Shown here: piece by piece, positions 1 through 9,296 of the stretch
Numbering within the stretch: the first letter of the stretch is position 1
Layout: each line of letters opens with the position of its first letter
NCBI GenBank assembly: GCA_002441125.1
Contig: DJVI01000009.1
Span: 8,175 to 72,174, forward strand
Source of the DNA: a candidate division WOR-3 bacterium UBA6260
GTDB taxonomy: Bacteria; Hydrothermota; 32-111
Direction of reading: 5' to 3'
DNA: 64,000 nt
Program-made: the position numbers and the translations under genes
Notes under the pieces: generated by a model
The model's input: the letters and a program-made list of their open reading frames with translations, nothing else
Database searches by the model: none
What the model was told of the DNA's origin: nothing

Positions 1-1098
1 CTCCTTTCCAACACATGATCTGTTCTTTTCAACATCTATTTTCACTCCCATAAATTCGAGTCCTTTTAAAGATAACTCCCTAACATCAGGATCATTCTCT
101 CCAATTCCCGCTGTGAAAACTACAGCATCTGGTCCTTCAAGAACAACAGAGTATGCTCCAATGAATTTTTTAACTATGTAACAGAACATCTGAAAAGCTA
201 ACTCAGCTCTCTTATTACCGTTCTTAGCAGCATTCTTTACTTCTCTCATATCTGACGAAACACCTGAAACACCTAAAAGTCCAGAATGTTTTGTTAGAAG
301 TGATGTTGCCTGCTCTATCGTCAAATCCTCTTTCTCCATAATGTTTAAAATCACTGCTGGATCAAAGTCTCCACATCTTGTTCCCATCATTACTCCAGCT
401 ATAGTTGAAAACCCTAAAGATGTTTCGATTGACTTTCCATTTTTAACAGCACTTATAGAACAGCCATTCCCAAGGTGACAGGTTATAACTGAAAAGTTGT
501 TAATATTCTTTTCAAGTATCTCACAACTTCTTTTTGAAACATAGTAATGACTCGTTCCATGAAACCCATATCTTCTTATTTTATACTTTTCATAGAATAT
601 GTATGGGATAGGATAGATATAAGCCACTTCAGGAAGTGACTGATGAAAAGCTGTGTCGAAAACTGCAACCTGTGGAACTTTTGGAAGTGCTTTTATAGCA
701 GCCTGTATACCTCTCAAATTGTATGGATTGTGTAATGGTGCTATTTCAGAGTATTCCTCAATAGCTTTAATAACTTTATCGTTTATGAGTACTGATCTTG
801 AAAATTTTTCTCCACCATGAACCACCCTGTGTCCAACAGCATCTATCTCGTTGATTGACATCAAAACACCATGCTGTTTATCAACTATTAGTTTTAAAAC
901 ATTTTCTATTGCATAGGAGTGACTTATTATCTCCTCCTCAACTTCATAAATATCACCATCAAACCTCTTCTGTTTAATAACTGAACTTGTCATACCTATT
1001 CTGTCAACAAGACCTCTTATAAGAGAGTCTCCAGTTGATGTATCTATTATCTGATATTTTAAAGATGAACTTCCTGAATTTAAAACTAAAATTTTCAT
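1..1098 (-). CDS. ackA: acetate kinase (C-terminus beyond window edge)
   Basis: Minus-strand translation from ATG at 1096-1098 gives MKILVLNSGSSSLKYQ..., the canonical acetate kinase N-terminus. The frame stays open to position 1 and has no stop inside the window, so it is absent from the M-to-stop ORF track. A GGTAGG-like RBS lies upstream. Confidence 0.8.
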   Translation of the reverse strand, partial: MKILVLNSGSSSLKYQIIDTSTGDSLIRGLVDRIGMTSSVIKQKRFDGDIYEVEEEIISHSYAIENVLKLIVDKQHGVLMSINEIDAVGHRVVHGGEKFSRSVLINDKVIKAIEEYSEIAPLHNPYNLRGIQAAIKALPKVPQVAVFDTAFHQSLPEVAYIYPIPYIFYEKYKIRRYGFHGTSHYYVSKRSCEILEKNINNFSVITCHLGNGCSISAVKNGKSIETSLGFSTIAGVMMGTRCGDFDPAVILNIMEKEDLTIEQATSLLTKHSGLLGVSGVSSDMREVKNAAKNGNKRAELAFQMFCYIVKKFIGAYSVVLEGPDAVVFTAGIGENDPDVRELSLKGLEFMGVKIDVEKNRSCVGKE

Positions 1099-1104
1099 TT
1101 TGAC

Positions 1105-1965
1105 CTACCTGTAATTTAAAAATCCCTGTTTTACCTTTATTCCAGTGTACCCTTTATCTAAAAGGTTTTTTAATATTTCTGGAACTTTATAAACAGAGCT
1201 ATCTATTTTCGATAACTCTTCAATCCAAATTTTTATATTATCCAAACCAATCTCATCAGCCATTGAAAGAGGACCTTTGTACATTTTGAGTCCTTTTTTC
1301 ATAACATAGTCAAATTCTTCAGGAGAAACTCCAGTTTCTCTCATCACATCACATGCTTCAAGGATTGTTGCTATAAGAACTCTTGGACCGATAAGCCCTG
1401 CACCATCTTTTAGCTCTACAATTTTTAAATCTATTTTTGTAATAAATTCCTTTACTATTTCAATTGTCGTATCAGAAGTATTCTCACTTTTAAAAAGTTC
1501 TATCAATTTATATATTGGAACTGAAGGAACTGGATGTATATTGACACATTTTGATGCTATATCACTATCTTCGAGAAGATCTTTTAAACTGTTAGTCTGG
1601 GATGTGAATATTACGGGGATATTCATATTAACATCATTTTTTATCTTCTCTCTAACCTCTCTTTTTCTCTGTAATCTATCTTCAACAGATTCAATTATTA
1701 TGTCTATATCATGCTTTGAAAAATCTGAAAGATTCTCGATATGTTCCATCCTTGAAAGCATAACCTTTTTATCCTTTAAAGTTAATCCCCAGTGCTCAAT
1801 CTCATTATCAATATTTCTTTCAATTATATTTAGTGCTGACTGGTAAACATCATAATCCTTTTCATATATCACAGCAGTTAATCCTTTGTTTATAACTGTT
1901 TGAACGAGACCTGCTCCCAAATTCCTTATACCATAAAAACCTATTTTAGTTATCTTTACCATCAT
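1105..1965 (-). CDS. 3-hydroxyacyl-CoA (3-hydroxybutyryl-CoA) dehydrogenase family protein
   Basis: 286 aa. N-terminal Rossmann GxGxxG motif (KIGFYGIRNLGAGLVQ). Overall pattern matches the NAD-dependent 3-hydroxyacyl-CoA dehydrogenase family. Lies adjacent to ackA. Confidence 0.7.
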   Translation of the reverse strand: MMVKITKIGFYGIRNLGAGLVQTVINKGLTAVIYEKDYDVYQSALNIIERNIDNEIEHWGLTLKDKKVMLSRMEHIENLSDFSKHDIDIIIESVEDRLQRKREVREKIKNDVNMNIPVIFTSQTNSLKDLLEDSDIASKCVNIHPVPSVPIYKLIELFKSENTSDTTIEIVKEFITKIDLKIVELKDGAGLIGPRVLIATILEACDVMRETGVSPEEFDYVMKKGLKMYKGPLSMADEIGLDNIKIWIEELSKIDSSVYKVPEILKNLLDKGYTGIKVKQGFLNYR

Positions 1966-2402
1966 CTCTCCTTAAAAAAAACTTTTTTTTCATAAAGAAA
2001 AGATTTTTTCGAATCTGAAGCATGAACAGAGTTTCTTCTAAAAGTCTCTCCGAAAAGATGCCTTATGGTTCCCTCTTTTGCTTCTTTTGGATCAGTAGCA
2101 CCAACAATTTCCCTTAAATGGTTTATAGCGTTCTTTCTTTCAAGTATAACTCCAACAGTTAAACCTGAGCACATGTAATCTACAAGATCTTTGAAAAAAT
2201 CTTTTTTTCTATGCACAGCATAGAACTCTTTTGCTAAACTTTTTGACATTTTTTGGGATTTTATTTTTACTATCTTAAAACCTTCATCCTCAACTATCGA
2301 AAGTATTTTTCCCACAAGGTTTCTTTTTGTGGCATCAGGTTTTATCAACATAAGGGTTCTTTCCAGATTACCCCCTTTTGATAAGTGTTCCCGACTCTCC
2401 AT
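1962..2402 (-). CDS. ndk: nucleoside diphosphate kinase
   Basis: ERTLMLIKPDA N-terminal signature of NDK; about 146 aa. The ATG at 2402 overlaps arcC by 35 nt, so the true start may be an internal start such as the ATG near 2351. Confidence 0.8.
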   Translation of the reverse strand: MESREHLSKGGNLERTLMLIKPDATKRNLVGKILSIVEDEGFKIVKIKSQKMSKSLAKEFYAVHRKKDFFKDLVDYMCSGLTVGVILERKNAINHLREIVGATDPKEAKEGTIRHLFGETFRRNSVHASDSKKSFLYEKKVFFKER

Positions 2403-3309
2403 TTACAACATCTTTCCCAAGCTCAACTGAACCTATCAAAGCCCTTTTACCTGTATTCTCTACAAATCTTATCATCGCTTCGATTTTTGGTCCCATAGAA
2501 CCTGCTGGGAATTGTCCCTCTATAAAATATTTTCTCGCTTCTGAAACCGTCAACTCTTTCAACTCTATTTCGTTAGCTTTTCTGAAATTTATACAAACCC
2601 TTTTAACAGCTGTTAGAATGTAGAATTCATCCGCACCGATCTCCTCAGCAAGAAGTGCAGAAGCTTTGTCTTTATCTATAACAGCATCAAGTCCTTCAAG
2701 GTTACCTTTACTATCATAATAAACAGGTATACCTCCACCACCTGCTGCAATAACTATATAACCGTTTTCAAGCAATGTTTTTATAACATCCTTCTCAACT
2801 ATTCCTTTAGGCTCAGGTGATGGAACAACCCTTCTGTAACCTCTTCCAACATCATGTTTGACAACCCAACCTTTTTTCAAAAGGTTAGGGACATCTTCCT
2901 CTTTGTAGAATTTACCAACAAATTTTGATGGATTTTTAATTGATGGATCATTCTGATCAACAAGAACCTGTGTTATAACAACAGCCACCTGTTTTTGGAT
3001 GCCCTCTCTTTTCAACCTGTTCATCAAAGATTGTGAAATCATATAGCCAATTGATCCTTGAGTTTCAGCATCTATTACACCAAGTGGGAGTGTTGGGACT
3101 TCACCTTCAGCCATCTCATTTTTCAAAAGTTCAAAACCTGCCTGTGGCCCATTACCATGTGTTATAACTACAGAAAAATCTTGACGGAGTAGCTGGACTA
3201 CTCCGTCAAGAGACATTCTTGTATTAGCGAATTGCTCAGTAATAGTCCCCTTCTGTCCATCCTGTATCAAAGCGTTTCCACCAAGAGCAACTACAGCTAT
3301 CTTTGCCAT
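2368..3309 (-). CDS. arcC: carbamate kinase
   Basis: 313 aa. MAKIAVVALGGNAL N-terminus and overall amino-acid-kinase family pattern typical of carbamate kinase. Confidence 0.8.
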   Translation of the reverse strand: MAKIAVVALGGNALIQDGQKGTITEQFANTRMSLDGVVQLLRQDFSVVITHGNGPQAGFELLKNEMAEGEVPTLPLGVIDAETQGSIGYMISQSLMNRLKREGIQKQVAVVITQVLVDQNDPSIKNPSKFVGKFYKEEDVPNLLKKGWVVKHDVGRGYRRVVPSPEPKGIVEKDVIKTLLENGYIVIAAGGGGIPVYYDSKGNLEGLDAVIDKDKASALLAEEIGADEFYILTAVKRVCINFRKANEIELKELTVSEARKYFIEGQFPAGSMGPKIEAMIRFVENTGKRALIGSVELGKDVVNGESGTLIKRG

Positions 3310-3315
3310 AATATT

Positions 3316-4641
3316 TTACTTTTTAATCTTTTTCACAAAATTTTTCAAAACATCTTCAAGATTCGGTCTTCCTATTTCCTGAAGATCATAACCAACTCTT
3401 ACTGATGGTTTGTTTATTTTCACAAGTCTACCAAGATTTATAGGTGTAGCAATAACTATTGTATCACATGGTATCTTGTTTATTGTTTTTTCAAGGTCTG
3501 AGATCTGTTTTTTAGAATAACCCATAGCTGGAAGGATAGGTCCCGCTTCAGAATATTTTTCGTATGTTTCTTTTATTTCACCGACAGCGTATGGATGTGG
3601 ATCTATTATCTCTTTTGCTCCAAACCTTTTTGCTGCAACTACTCCAGCACCATATTTCATTTCACCATGTGTGAGTGTTGGTCCATCCTCAACTACAGCT
3701 ACTCTTTTTCCCTTTATTAGTTCTGGCTTTTCAACTGAGACAGGTGATGCTGCCTCTATAACTGTCGCTTTTGGATTTACCTTTGCAATACTTTCTCTAA
3801 CTATCTCGACATTTTCAGGTTTCGCTGAATCTATTTTGTTTATAACTATTACATCTGCAAGTCTAATGTTTACACAACCAGGATAGTATGTTAACTCATG
3901 TCCCGGTCTATGTGGATCGGCAACAGTTATAACAAGATCAGGTTTATAGAATGGGAAATCATTGTTTCCACCATCCCAAAGAATTATATCAGCTTCCTTT
4001 TCAGCCTGTCTTATTATATCCTCATAATCAACACCAGCATAAACAACTGTTCCATTATTTATATGTGGTTCATACTCTTCCATCTCTTCTATTGTACAGT
4101 TATGTTTTTTAAGATCTTCTATTGAAGCAAACCTCTGAACTCTTTGCTTTTCAAGGTCTCCATAAGGCATAGGATGCCTTATAGCAACGAGTTTGTAACC
4201 CATATTTCTGAGAATTGAAGAGACAGCCCTTGTTGTCTGTGATTTTCCAGAACCTGTTCTAACCGCAACTATAGATACAACTGGTTTTGTTGATTTTATG
4301 TATGTTTGTTCTGGACCAAGAAGCATATAACTTGCACCAGCAGCCATAGCCTCTGCACCTTTTGACATAACATATTGATTTGAAACATCAGAATAAGAGA
4401 AAACAACAAGATCGACCTTCTTCTCTTTTATTATTTTTGCCATATCCTTTTCATCATAGATTGGAATACCTTTTTTATAAAGTTTTCCAGCGAGTGATGG
4501 TGGATACAATCTTCCCTCTATATCTGGGATCTGTGTAGCAGTAAAACCAACAACCTCATATTCTTCATTATTTCTAAAATAAACATTAAAATTATGGAAA
4601 TCTCTCCCTGCAGCACCTAAAATCAAAACTCTCTTTTTCAT
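3316..4641 (-). CDS. COG2403-family predicted GTPase (cyclic 2,3-diphosphoglycerate synthetase-like)
   Basis: 441 aa. P-loop-like AVRTGSGKSQTT. Size and composition resemble the cDPGS/'predicted GTPase' family. The family assignment comes from memory of the motif layout and was not searched. Confidence 0.45.
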   Translation of the reverse strand: MKKRVLILGAAGRDFHNFNVYFRNNEEYEVVGFTATQIPDIEGRLYPPSLAGKLYKKGIPIYDEKDMAKIIKEKKVDLVVFSYSDVSNQYVMSKGAEAMAAGASYMLLGPEQTYIKSTKPVVSIVAVRTGSGKSQTTRAVSSILRNMGYKLVAIRHPMPYGDLEKQRVQRFASIEDLKKHNCTIEEMEEYEPHINNGTVVYAGVDYEDIIRQAEKEADIILWDGGNNDFPFYKPDLVITVADPHRPGHELTYYPGCVNIRLADVIVINKIDSAKPENVEIVRESIAKVNPKATVIEAASPVSVEKPELIKGKRVAVVEDGPTLTHGEMKYGAGVVAAKRFGAKEIIDPHPYAVGEIKETYEKYSEAGPILPAMGYSKKQISDLEKTINKIPCDTIVIATPINLGRLVKINKPSVRVGYDLQEIGRPNLEDVLKNFVKKIKK

Positions 4642-4732
4642 AACTAAACCTCCTAAAATTAAAACTATTTTTTACTTATAATAAAAAAAATAAGTTAACA
4701 TAATAAAATATTGTTGTCAATAGGTAAAATTT

Positions 4733-5758
4733 CTATTGTTTTTTTATGATCAGGTTCAAAAATGGATAAAAGAATCCTTCACTAATTTTTGGGTATATAG
4801 ATCTTAAAACATTTAAATATCTCCGCTCAACTGAAAATGGAACCAAAAATTGTTTCAAATATGAAACTACCTTTATTTTTTCAACTTTACTGTTTAAAGC
4901 AATTTCAAACTCATGAAAACTCACCCCTCTTCCCCTTCTTAAAAAATGAAGGAATTTCTCATCTGAAAATTCTTTGTATAGTTCTCTGAAATTACTTCTT
5001 TCACTGAATTTAGTATAATCGAACGCCAACCTATCAGGTAGCCAGTTGAAAAATGGTAGCAAAGATGTGTGTTCATCAAAATACCATAATCTGTTTGGAG
5101 CTTCAACAACAATTAAGAAAGAACCATTTGAAAGTATCGAAAAATATTTTTTAATTGATTCTATCCTTTCTTCATACAACATATGCTCTAAAGATGCGTA
5201 AAAAATTATCACATCAAATTTTTTTTCTTTAACTTTTTCAAAAAGTTCTAAACAGTTGCCAGATAAAAAATCAGCTTCAAGCCCATAAATTTTCATTCTC
5301 TCTTTTGCTATATTTAAACTACTCTCATCTATATCTATTCCTGTAACAAAAGCACCCTGTTCTGTTAAAGCAACAGTTGATGAACCTGTTCCACATCCAA
5401 TCTCAAGTATATTTGAGTTTTTAAGTTTAACAGTTTTATTTATCCAAGGTATATAATGGTATCTATTTTCAAAAAGCCTAAGATAGAGTTGAGTTTTTAA
5501 ATCATTTTCAAAAACTTTTTTAGAAAAATTATCTTTTCCTCTCCAACCTTTGAAAAATTCTTCTTCAAGAAGTCTTTTAAATTTCTCCAATTTTTCTTCA
5601 TCAACATTTCTAAAATTCTCTTTAAGTTTTTTGGGAAGAGTTTCTTTTTCAATTTTTTTATAAACTCTGTTAAAAAATCTTTTCATAAAAACCCTATTAA
5701 ATTTTTTAAACGAATACTCCCAAAAAGTCAAGACTTTTTTTAAATGGAAACCTTTCAA
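4733..5758 (-). CDS. class I SAM-dependent methyltransferase
   Basis: 341 aa. Motif I LEIGCGTGSST followed by acidic motif II (GIDIDE). Confidence 0.6.
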   Translation of the reverse strand: MKGFHLKKVLTFWEYSFKKFNRVFMKRFFNRVYKKIEKETLPKKLKENFRNVDEEKLEKFKRLLEEEFFKGWRGKDNFSKKVFENDLKTQLYLRLFENRYHYIPWINKTVKLKNSNILEIGCGTGSSTVALTEQGAFVTGIDIDESSLNIAKERMKIYGLEADFLSGNCLELFEKVKEKKFDVIIFYASLEHMLYEERIESIKKYFSILSNGSFLIVVEAPNRLWYFDEHTSLLPFFNWLPDRLAFDYTKFSERSNFRELYKEFSDEKFLHFLRRGRGVSFHEFEIALNSKVEKIKVVSYLKQFLVPFSVERRYLNVLRSIYPKISEGFFYPFLNLIIKKQ

Positions 5759-5938
5759 ATTTTAAAAATTTATGATTAAAACTTTTTGTATTAATGGCAA
5801 ACAGAGTTTCCAAAAATCATTTCAAAAAACATCCTTTTTAAACTTACTTCTAATCGTTGCGATAATCTAATGGCTATTCATAGTTTTTTATTTCTTTAAA
5901 AAATCATCAATAAAGGGAAAAAAGTAATATTTTTTTCT

Positions 5939-5976
5939 TCAAAAATGTCACACTGTCAAGCACCGTCCCCAATATT
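5939..5976. repeat. 38-bp direct repeat, left copy (tcaaaaatgtcacactgtcaagcaccgtccccaatatt); overlaps the 3' end of the KAP NTPase gene
   Basis: Identical by inspection to 15946-15983. It encodes the KAP protein's last residues NIGDGA plus the stop codon on the minus strand. Confidence 0.85.
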
Positions 5977-7944
5977 TGAATTTGAAATACCGTTACCAAT
6001 ATTGGAATTATTTACTATTTCCTTAAGTTTATTTAAACTATTTGTAATATCCTCTTTGAGATATTCATCAAAATTTTCTTTTTCCATTTCCATTTTATCA
6101 TTTACTTTAGCTAAAATATTTTGAAAAATATCTTTGACTTTTGCTTTATCATAATTACTAATAACATTAATCAAAATCTCTTCCAATAAAAGATCTCTTA
6201 TACTTAAACGAGATCCTTCTTTTACAAGTCGAAGATTATTTAAATAATGTTCTTTGATTTCATTTTTAAAGTTATCAAAATCTTTATTAAAAAATTCTAA
6301 AATTTCATTTATTGACTTAAATTTTTTTTTATTTATTTCTAAAAGATTTTCTTTTAAACCTAAATATAAATTCAGATTATATATTCTAAATAATCTTTTG
6401 AATAAAATAAATTGAACTACTTTTTTTTCGTTTTTTTTCATACCCTTAATAGTATTTTCAAATATGTCTTTAAAATCCAATTTTTCTTTAAATATTTCTC
6501 TAATAAAATTTATAATCATATTTTCTTGTTCTTCTTCATTATTTTTATAATTTATTTTAAAATAAATTAAAAACAATATAAGTTCCATTACACTTTTAAT
6601 CTCAACAATATTTTTATTAAGTAATAATTCTACTTTTTCAATAAAATTGTTTACTTTAGTTTTTTCGTCCTTATCACTTGACTGACCTAATATCTTATCC
6701 GAAATTTGTTCATTATTCTCTTTAAGGTTAATTAAATTTATATCTAATTGATGGATAAATAAAATCCTTTGGGTCATTAAATGTTCCCATATTAAAGGAT
6801 GCTTAAATTTTAACCATTCAATTAGGATAATATCTAACAAAAAAATATTCTCTGCTATTTCTTTTCTACCTTTTATTATTTGTTTCACATTTTCTGTTAA
6901 CATAATAACATCTCTAAAATCATCAAAATCAAAAATACTCGTTGATGTTAAGATATTGTTTAATAAAGCCAATATCAATTCTTTTTGAGAATCGTCATTA
7001 GATAAATGTTCATCAATTATTTCTATTTTTATTTTTTCTTGAAAAAAATCTCTCAAAATTTCAATAGGATTAACAAGTTCTATTTTATAATCGAATGTTT
7101 TATTTAAATAACCACTTATTAAATATTCCTTTTCAAAAATATTCATTAAAGCATTTCTATCAATAGTTGTTATAAGGTAAAAATTTGGAATCCTGCTAAA
7201 GCAGTTTATAAATTTAAATATCTCCAAAATTGTTTCACTATCTATTAATCTATCTAATTCATCTAATATTAGTATAAATTTTTTAGATTTAATATTTTTC
7301 TTAATATGATTTTTAAAATGGTTTAATCTATTTTCAAAATTTATAAGATCATCAATGTAAAATTTAAAACCACTAACTGTTACATCATAGTTTCTAAATA
7401 TATTTTCCCAATAACAATACCTAAATTTTAATCCTAAAAATTTTATAAGATTGTAATATATCTGCTCAGAAGAATAAAAACTTATTAAATTAAGATAAAC
7501 AATTTCTATTTCTTTATCTTTTTTACTTCCATTACTTTTTTTACAAAATGTTTTTTGAAAATATTTTAATAGAGTTGACTTACCTGTTCCCCATTTCCCT
7601 ACTACAGCAATTGTTGCATTATTAATCTCCACATTTTCAATAATACTCTTTAATTCTTCACAATTCTTTTTGATATTATATGCAGGTTCATCTATATTAC
7701 TCAAATGAGTATTTTTAATTTCATCATCTGAATATTGTACATTATTGAAAAATGTATCTCTCAAATACAAGATAAAAATAGAAATAATCAATAACAGTAA
7801 TGGTAAAATTATATTTAACAAATTTAGAAAATAATTGTAAAAAAGTTTAATTTTGAAAATTAATAACAAAATTAATAGAAAAAAGATTATTAAACCTATT
7901 CTATTTATAAACTTTTCTTTATTTGAATTAAACCACATCGACAA
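5956..7944 (-). CDS. KAP-family P-loop NTPase with N-terminal transmembrane helices
   Basis: 662 aa. Walker A AVVGKWGTGKST and Walker B ILILDELDRL, in the KAP NTPase arrangement. Two strongly hydrophobic N-terminal segments. Very AT- and Lys/Asn-rich. Confidence 0.65.
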   Translation of the reverse strand: MSMWFNSNKEKFINRIGLIIFFLLILLLIFKIKLFYNYFLNLLNIILPLLLLIISIFILYLRDTFFNNVQYSDDEIKNTHLSNIDEPAYNIKKNCEELKSIIENVEINNATIAVVGKWGTGKSTLLKYFQKTFCKKSNGSKKDKEIEIVYLNLISFYSSEQIYYNLIKFLGLKFRYCYWENIFRNYDVTVSGFKFYIDDLINFENRLNHFKNHIKKNIKSKKFILILDELDRLIDSETILEIFKFINCFSRIPNFYLITTIDRNALMNIFEKEYLISGYLNKTFDYKIELVNPIEILRDFFQEKIKIEIIDEHLSNDDSQKELILALLNNILTSTSIFDFDDFRDVIMLTENVKQIIKGRKEIAENIFLLDIILIEWLKFKHPLIWEHLMTQRILFIHQLDINLINLKENNEQISDKILGQSSDKDEKTKVNNFIEKVELLLNKNIVEIKSVMELILFLIYFKINYKNNEEEQENMIINFIREIFKEKLDFKDIFENTIKGMKKNEKKVVQFILFKRLFRIYNLNLYLGLKENLLEINKKKFKSINEILEFFNKDFDNFKNEIKEHYLNNLRLVKEGSRLSIRDLLLEEILINVISNYDKAKVKDIFQNILAKVNDKMEMEKENFDEYLKEDITNSLNKLKEIVNNSNIGNGISNSNIGDGA

Positions 7945-8266
7945 TTTTTATCTTATTTTAAGGAACCAATCTTTGAAATTTAAAAACTTTATTCCTAACT
8001 TCATTCCCTTTATACTTTTTTAAAATTATAAACAATAAAATTACTAAATCAAGCAAAAATTTTAAGTCAATTTACTTGTTTTGAATAACCTACATTGAAA
8101 TAAGTGATGGTATATTTATCTATAAAACTTAAAATAATCATAATAAAAATCATTTAAACATAGTAAAGTAAAAGGTCTTTATCTAACATTACATTAAGTC
8201 CTATAATTAAAAATATCCTTTTCTCAATAATATCTTATTTTATAACAGTTTTTGCAATTTTTATTT

Positions 8267-8365
8267 CTCATTCCCTTCCACTATTTTTATTTCTTCCTCA
8301 GTCAAACCATATAATTTATAAACCATCTGGTCAATCTGGCGTTCGTATTCTTTGACTTTGGCCTG
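8267..8365 (-). pseudogene. Duplicated ~100-bp fragment: 3' end of the MmeI-family methyltransferase gene plus the ATGA start/stop junction (non-functional remnant)
   Basis: About 90% identical by eye to 9292-9395. Translates on the minus strand to ...QAKVKEYERQIDQMVYKLYGLTEEEIKIVEGNEK*, against GLTDEEIKIVEGRQ* in the intact gene. It retains the overlapping ATG but continues into a 15-codon junk ORF. Confidence 0.7.
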
Positions 8366-8372
8366 GCAAATT

Positions 8373-9296
8373 TTAAAATAATGACAATTCCCCTTGTCCA
8401 GATTTTTCCTCAACATATTTTAAATTTCTATTAGTATAAAACTGGTTCCTATATCTTTTTGGGTCGCCAATATCTGTTTTTTCTTTTGGGAAAAATCTAA
8501 CCATTATTCTCTTATTATAAGAACTATTTTTCGTATTATCAATTAGTTCAATGAGTAATGGCAAATAACAATCAGCAAGTTCTTCTCTATATTTTGATTT
8601 TTTACTCTTTTCAATACCATGAATAATACTTGTTGTTACACCGAGAACACAATCACATAATTGTATTAGGTTGGAACGTCTGTCTACTTTATGGTCTTTT
8701 GGAAGAAAAGTTATTTCTTTACAATTGAAGAATATATCTTCTTGTTCACTTATTTTGTAAATACAGTGCCAAGGGAAATATTTGTGTTGTTTTTGTTGTC
8801 CATCCTCGTGATAAATATTCTCAACAATAATTTTTTTATTCCCAAAAAATGTTTTTATGGCATATAATAATGCTGACCGAAAAAAACGATTGTATTTACT
8901 ATTGAAGTCATTATTCTGGTCAAACTCTTCTTTTGAAAGGTATGAGTTATTTAATCCAAGAATATATGAATAAAATTTCTTTTGACTTTTATCAGGGTTT
9001 AAAATATACTCAAACCATCTTCTACATATATTTTTTTCATCTGCACTTGCAATTTCTGACCAATGCATAATATGGTTGTTTTTCACATAATAAGGAGAAT
9101 TTATATCAAAATTGCCCTTAAATCGTTCCTGAATAATATCATCAAGTAAAGGATTGTCAATATCTTCAACAATCAACCCTATGTAATGCCATTCATTCCC
9201 AGTATATGAACAAAATTTGGATTGGATTTCATCGGCATAAATATTAATTGTAACAGGATTTTCTTTTATTTCATTACCAAATAAATCCTTGCTCAT
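8373..9296 (-). CDS. hypothetical protein (possibly DUF3800-like), translationally coupled to the methyltransferase
   Basis: 307 aa. Its start ATG overlaps the methyltransferase stop TGA (ATGA). An N-terminal INIYADE motif is loosely similar to the DUF3800 'iyiDES' signature. No other recognisable motif. Confidence 0.5.
   Translation of the reverse strand: MSKDLFGNEIKENPVTINIYADEIQSKFCSYTGNEWHYIGLIVEDIDNPLLDDIIQERFKGNFDINSPYYVKNNHIMHWSEIASADEKNICRRWFEYILNPDKSQKKFYSYILGLNNSYLSKEEFDQNNDFNSKYNRFFRSALLYAIKTFFGNKKIIVENIYHEDGQQKQHKYFPWHCIYKISEQEDIFFNCKEITFLPKDHKVDRRSNLIQLCDCVLGVTTSIIHGIEKSKKSKYREELADCYLPLLIELIDNTKNSSYNKRIMVRFFPKEKTDIGDPKRYRNQFYTNRNLKYVEEKSGQGELSLF

Noticed and set aside
1541-1846. 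ORF-track entries on the strand opposite to, or out of frame within, well-supported genes (for example 1541-1846, 3671-4125, 10896-11231, 12657-12851, 13512-13958, 24772-25106, 25493-25897, 34124-34487, 37458-38136, 43112-44119, 56809-57196, 58339-58774)
   Set aside because: All lie entirely inside stronger ORFs with clear family motifs. Their translations are low-complexity (Phe/Ser/Ile/Leu-rich), as expected for shadow frames in AT-rich DNA.
6314-6440. A8-A9 homopolymer tracts inside the KAP, methyltransferase (around 11495-11502) and helicase genes as phase-variation switches
   Set aside because: In a genome this AT- and lysine-codon-rich, A/T runs of 7-9 occur frequently by composition. 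None is unusually long (10 or more) or placed near a start codon. No evidence of slippage can be had from a single sequence.
7945-8266. A promoter for the KAP gene in the 7945-8372 gap
   Set aside because: Only weak -35/-10-like matches were found (for example TATAAT-like at 8025-8030 on the minus strand, with a poor -35). This is not enough to call.
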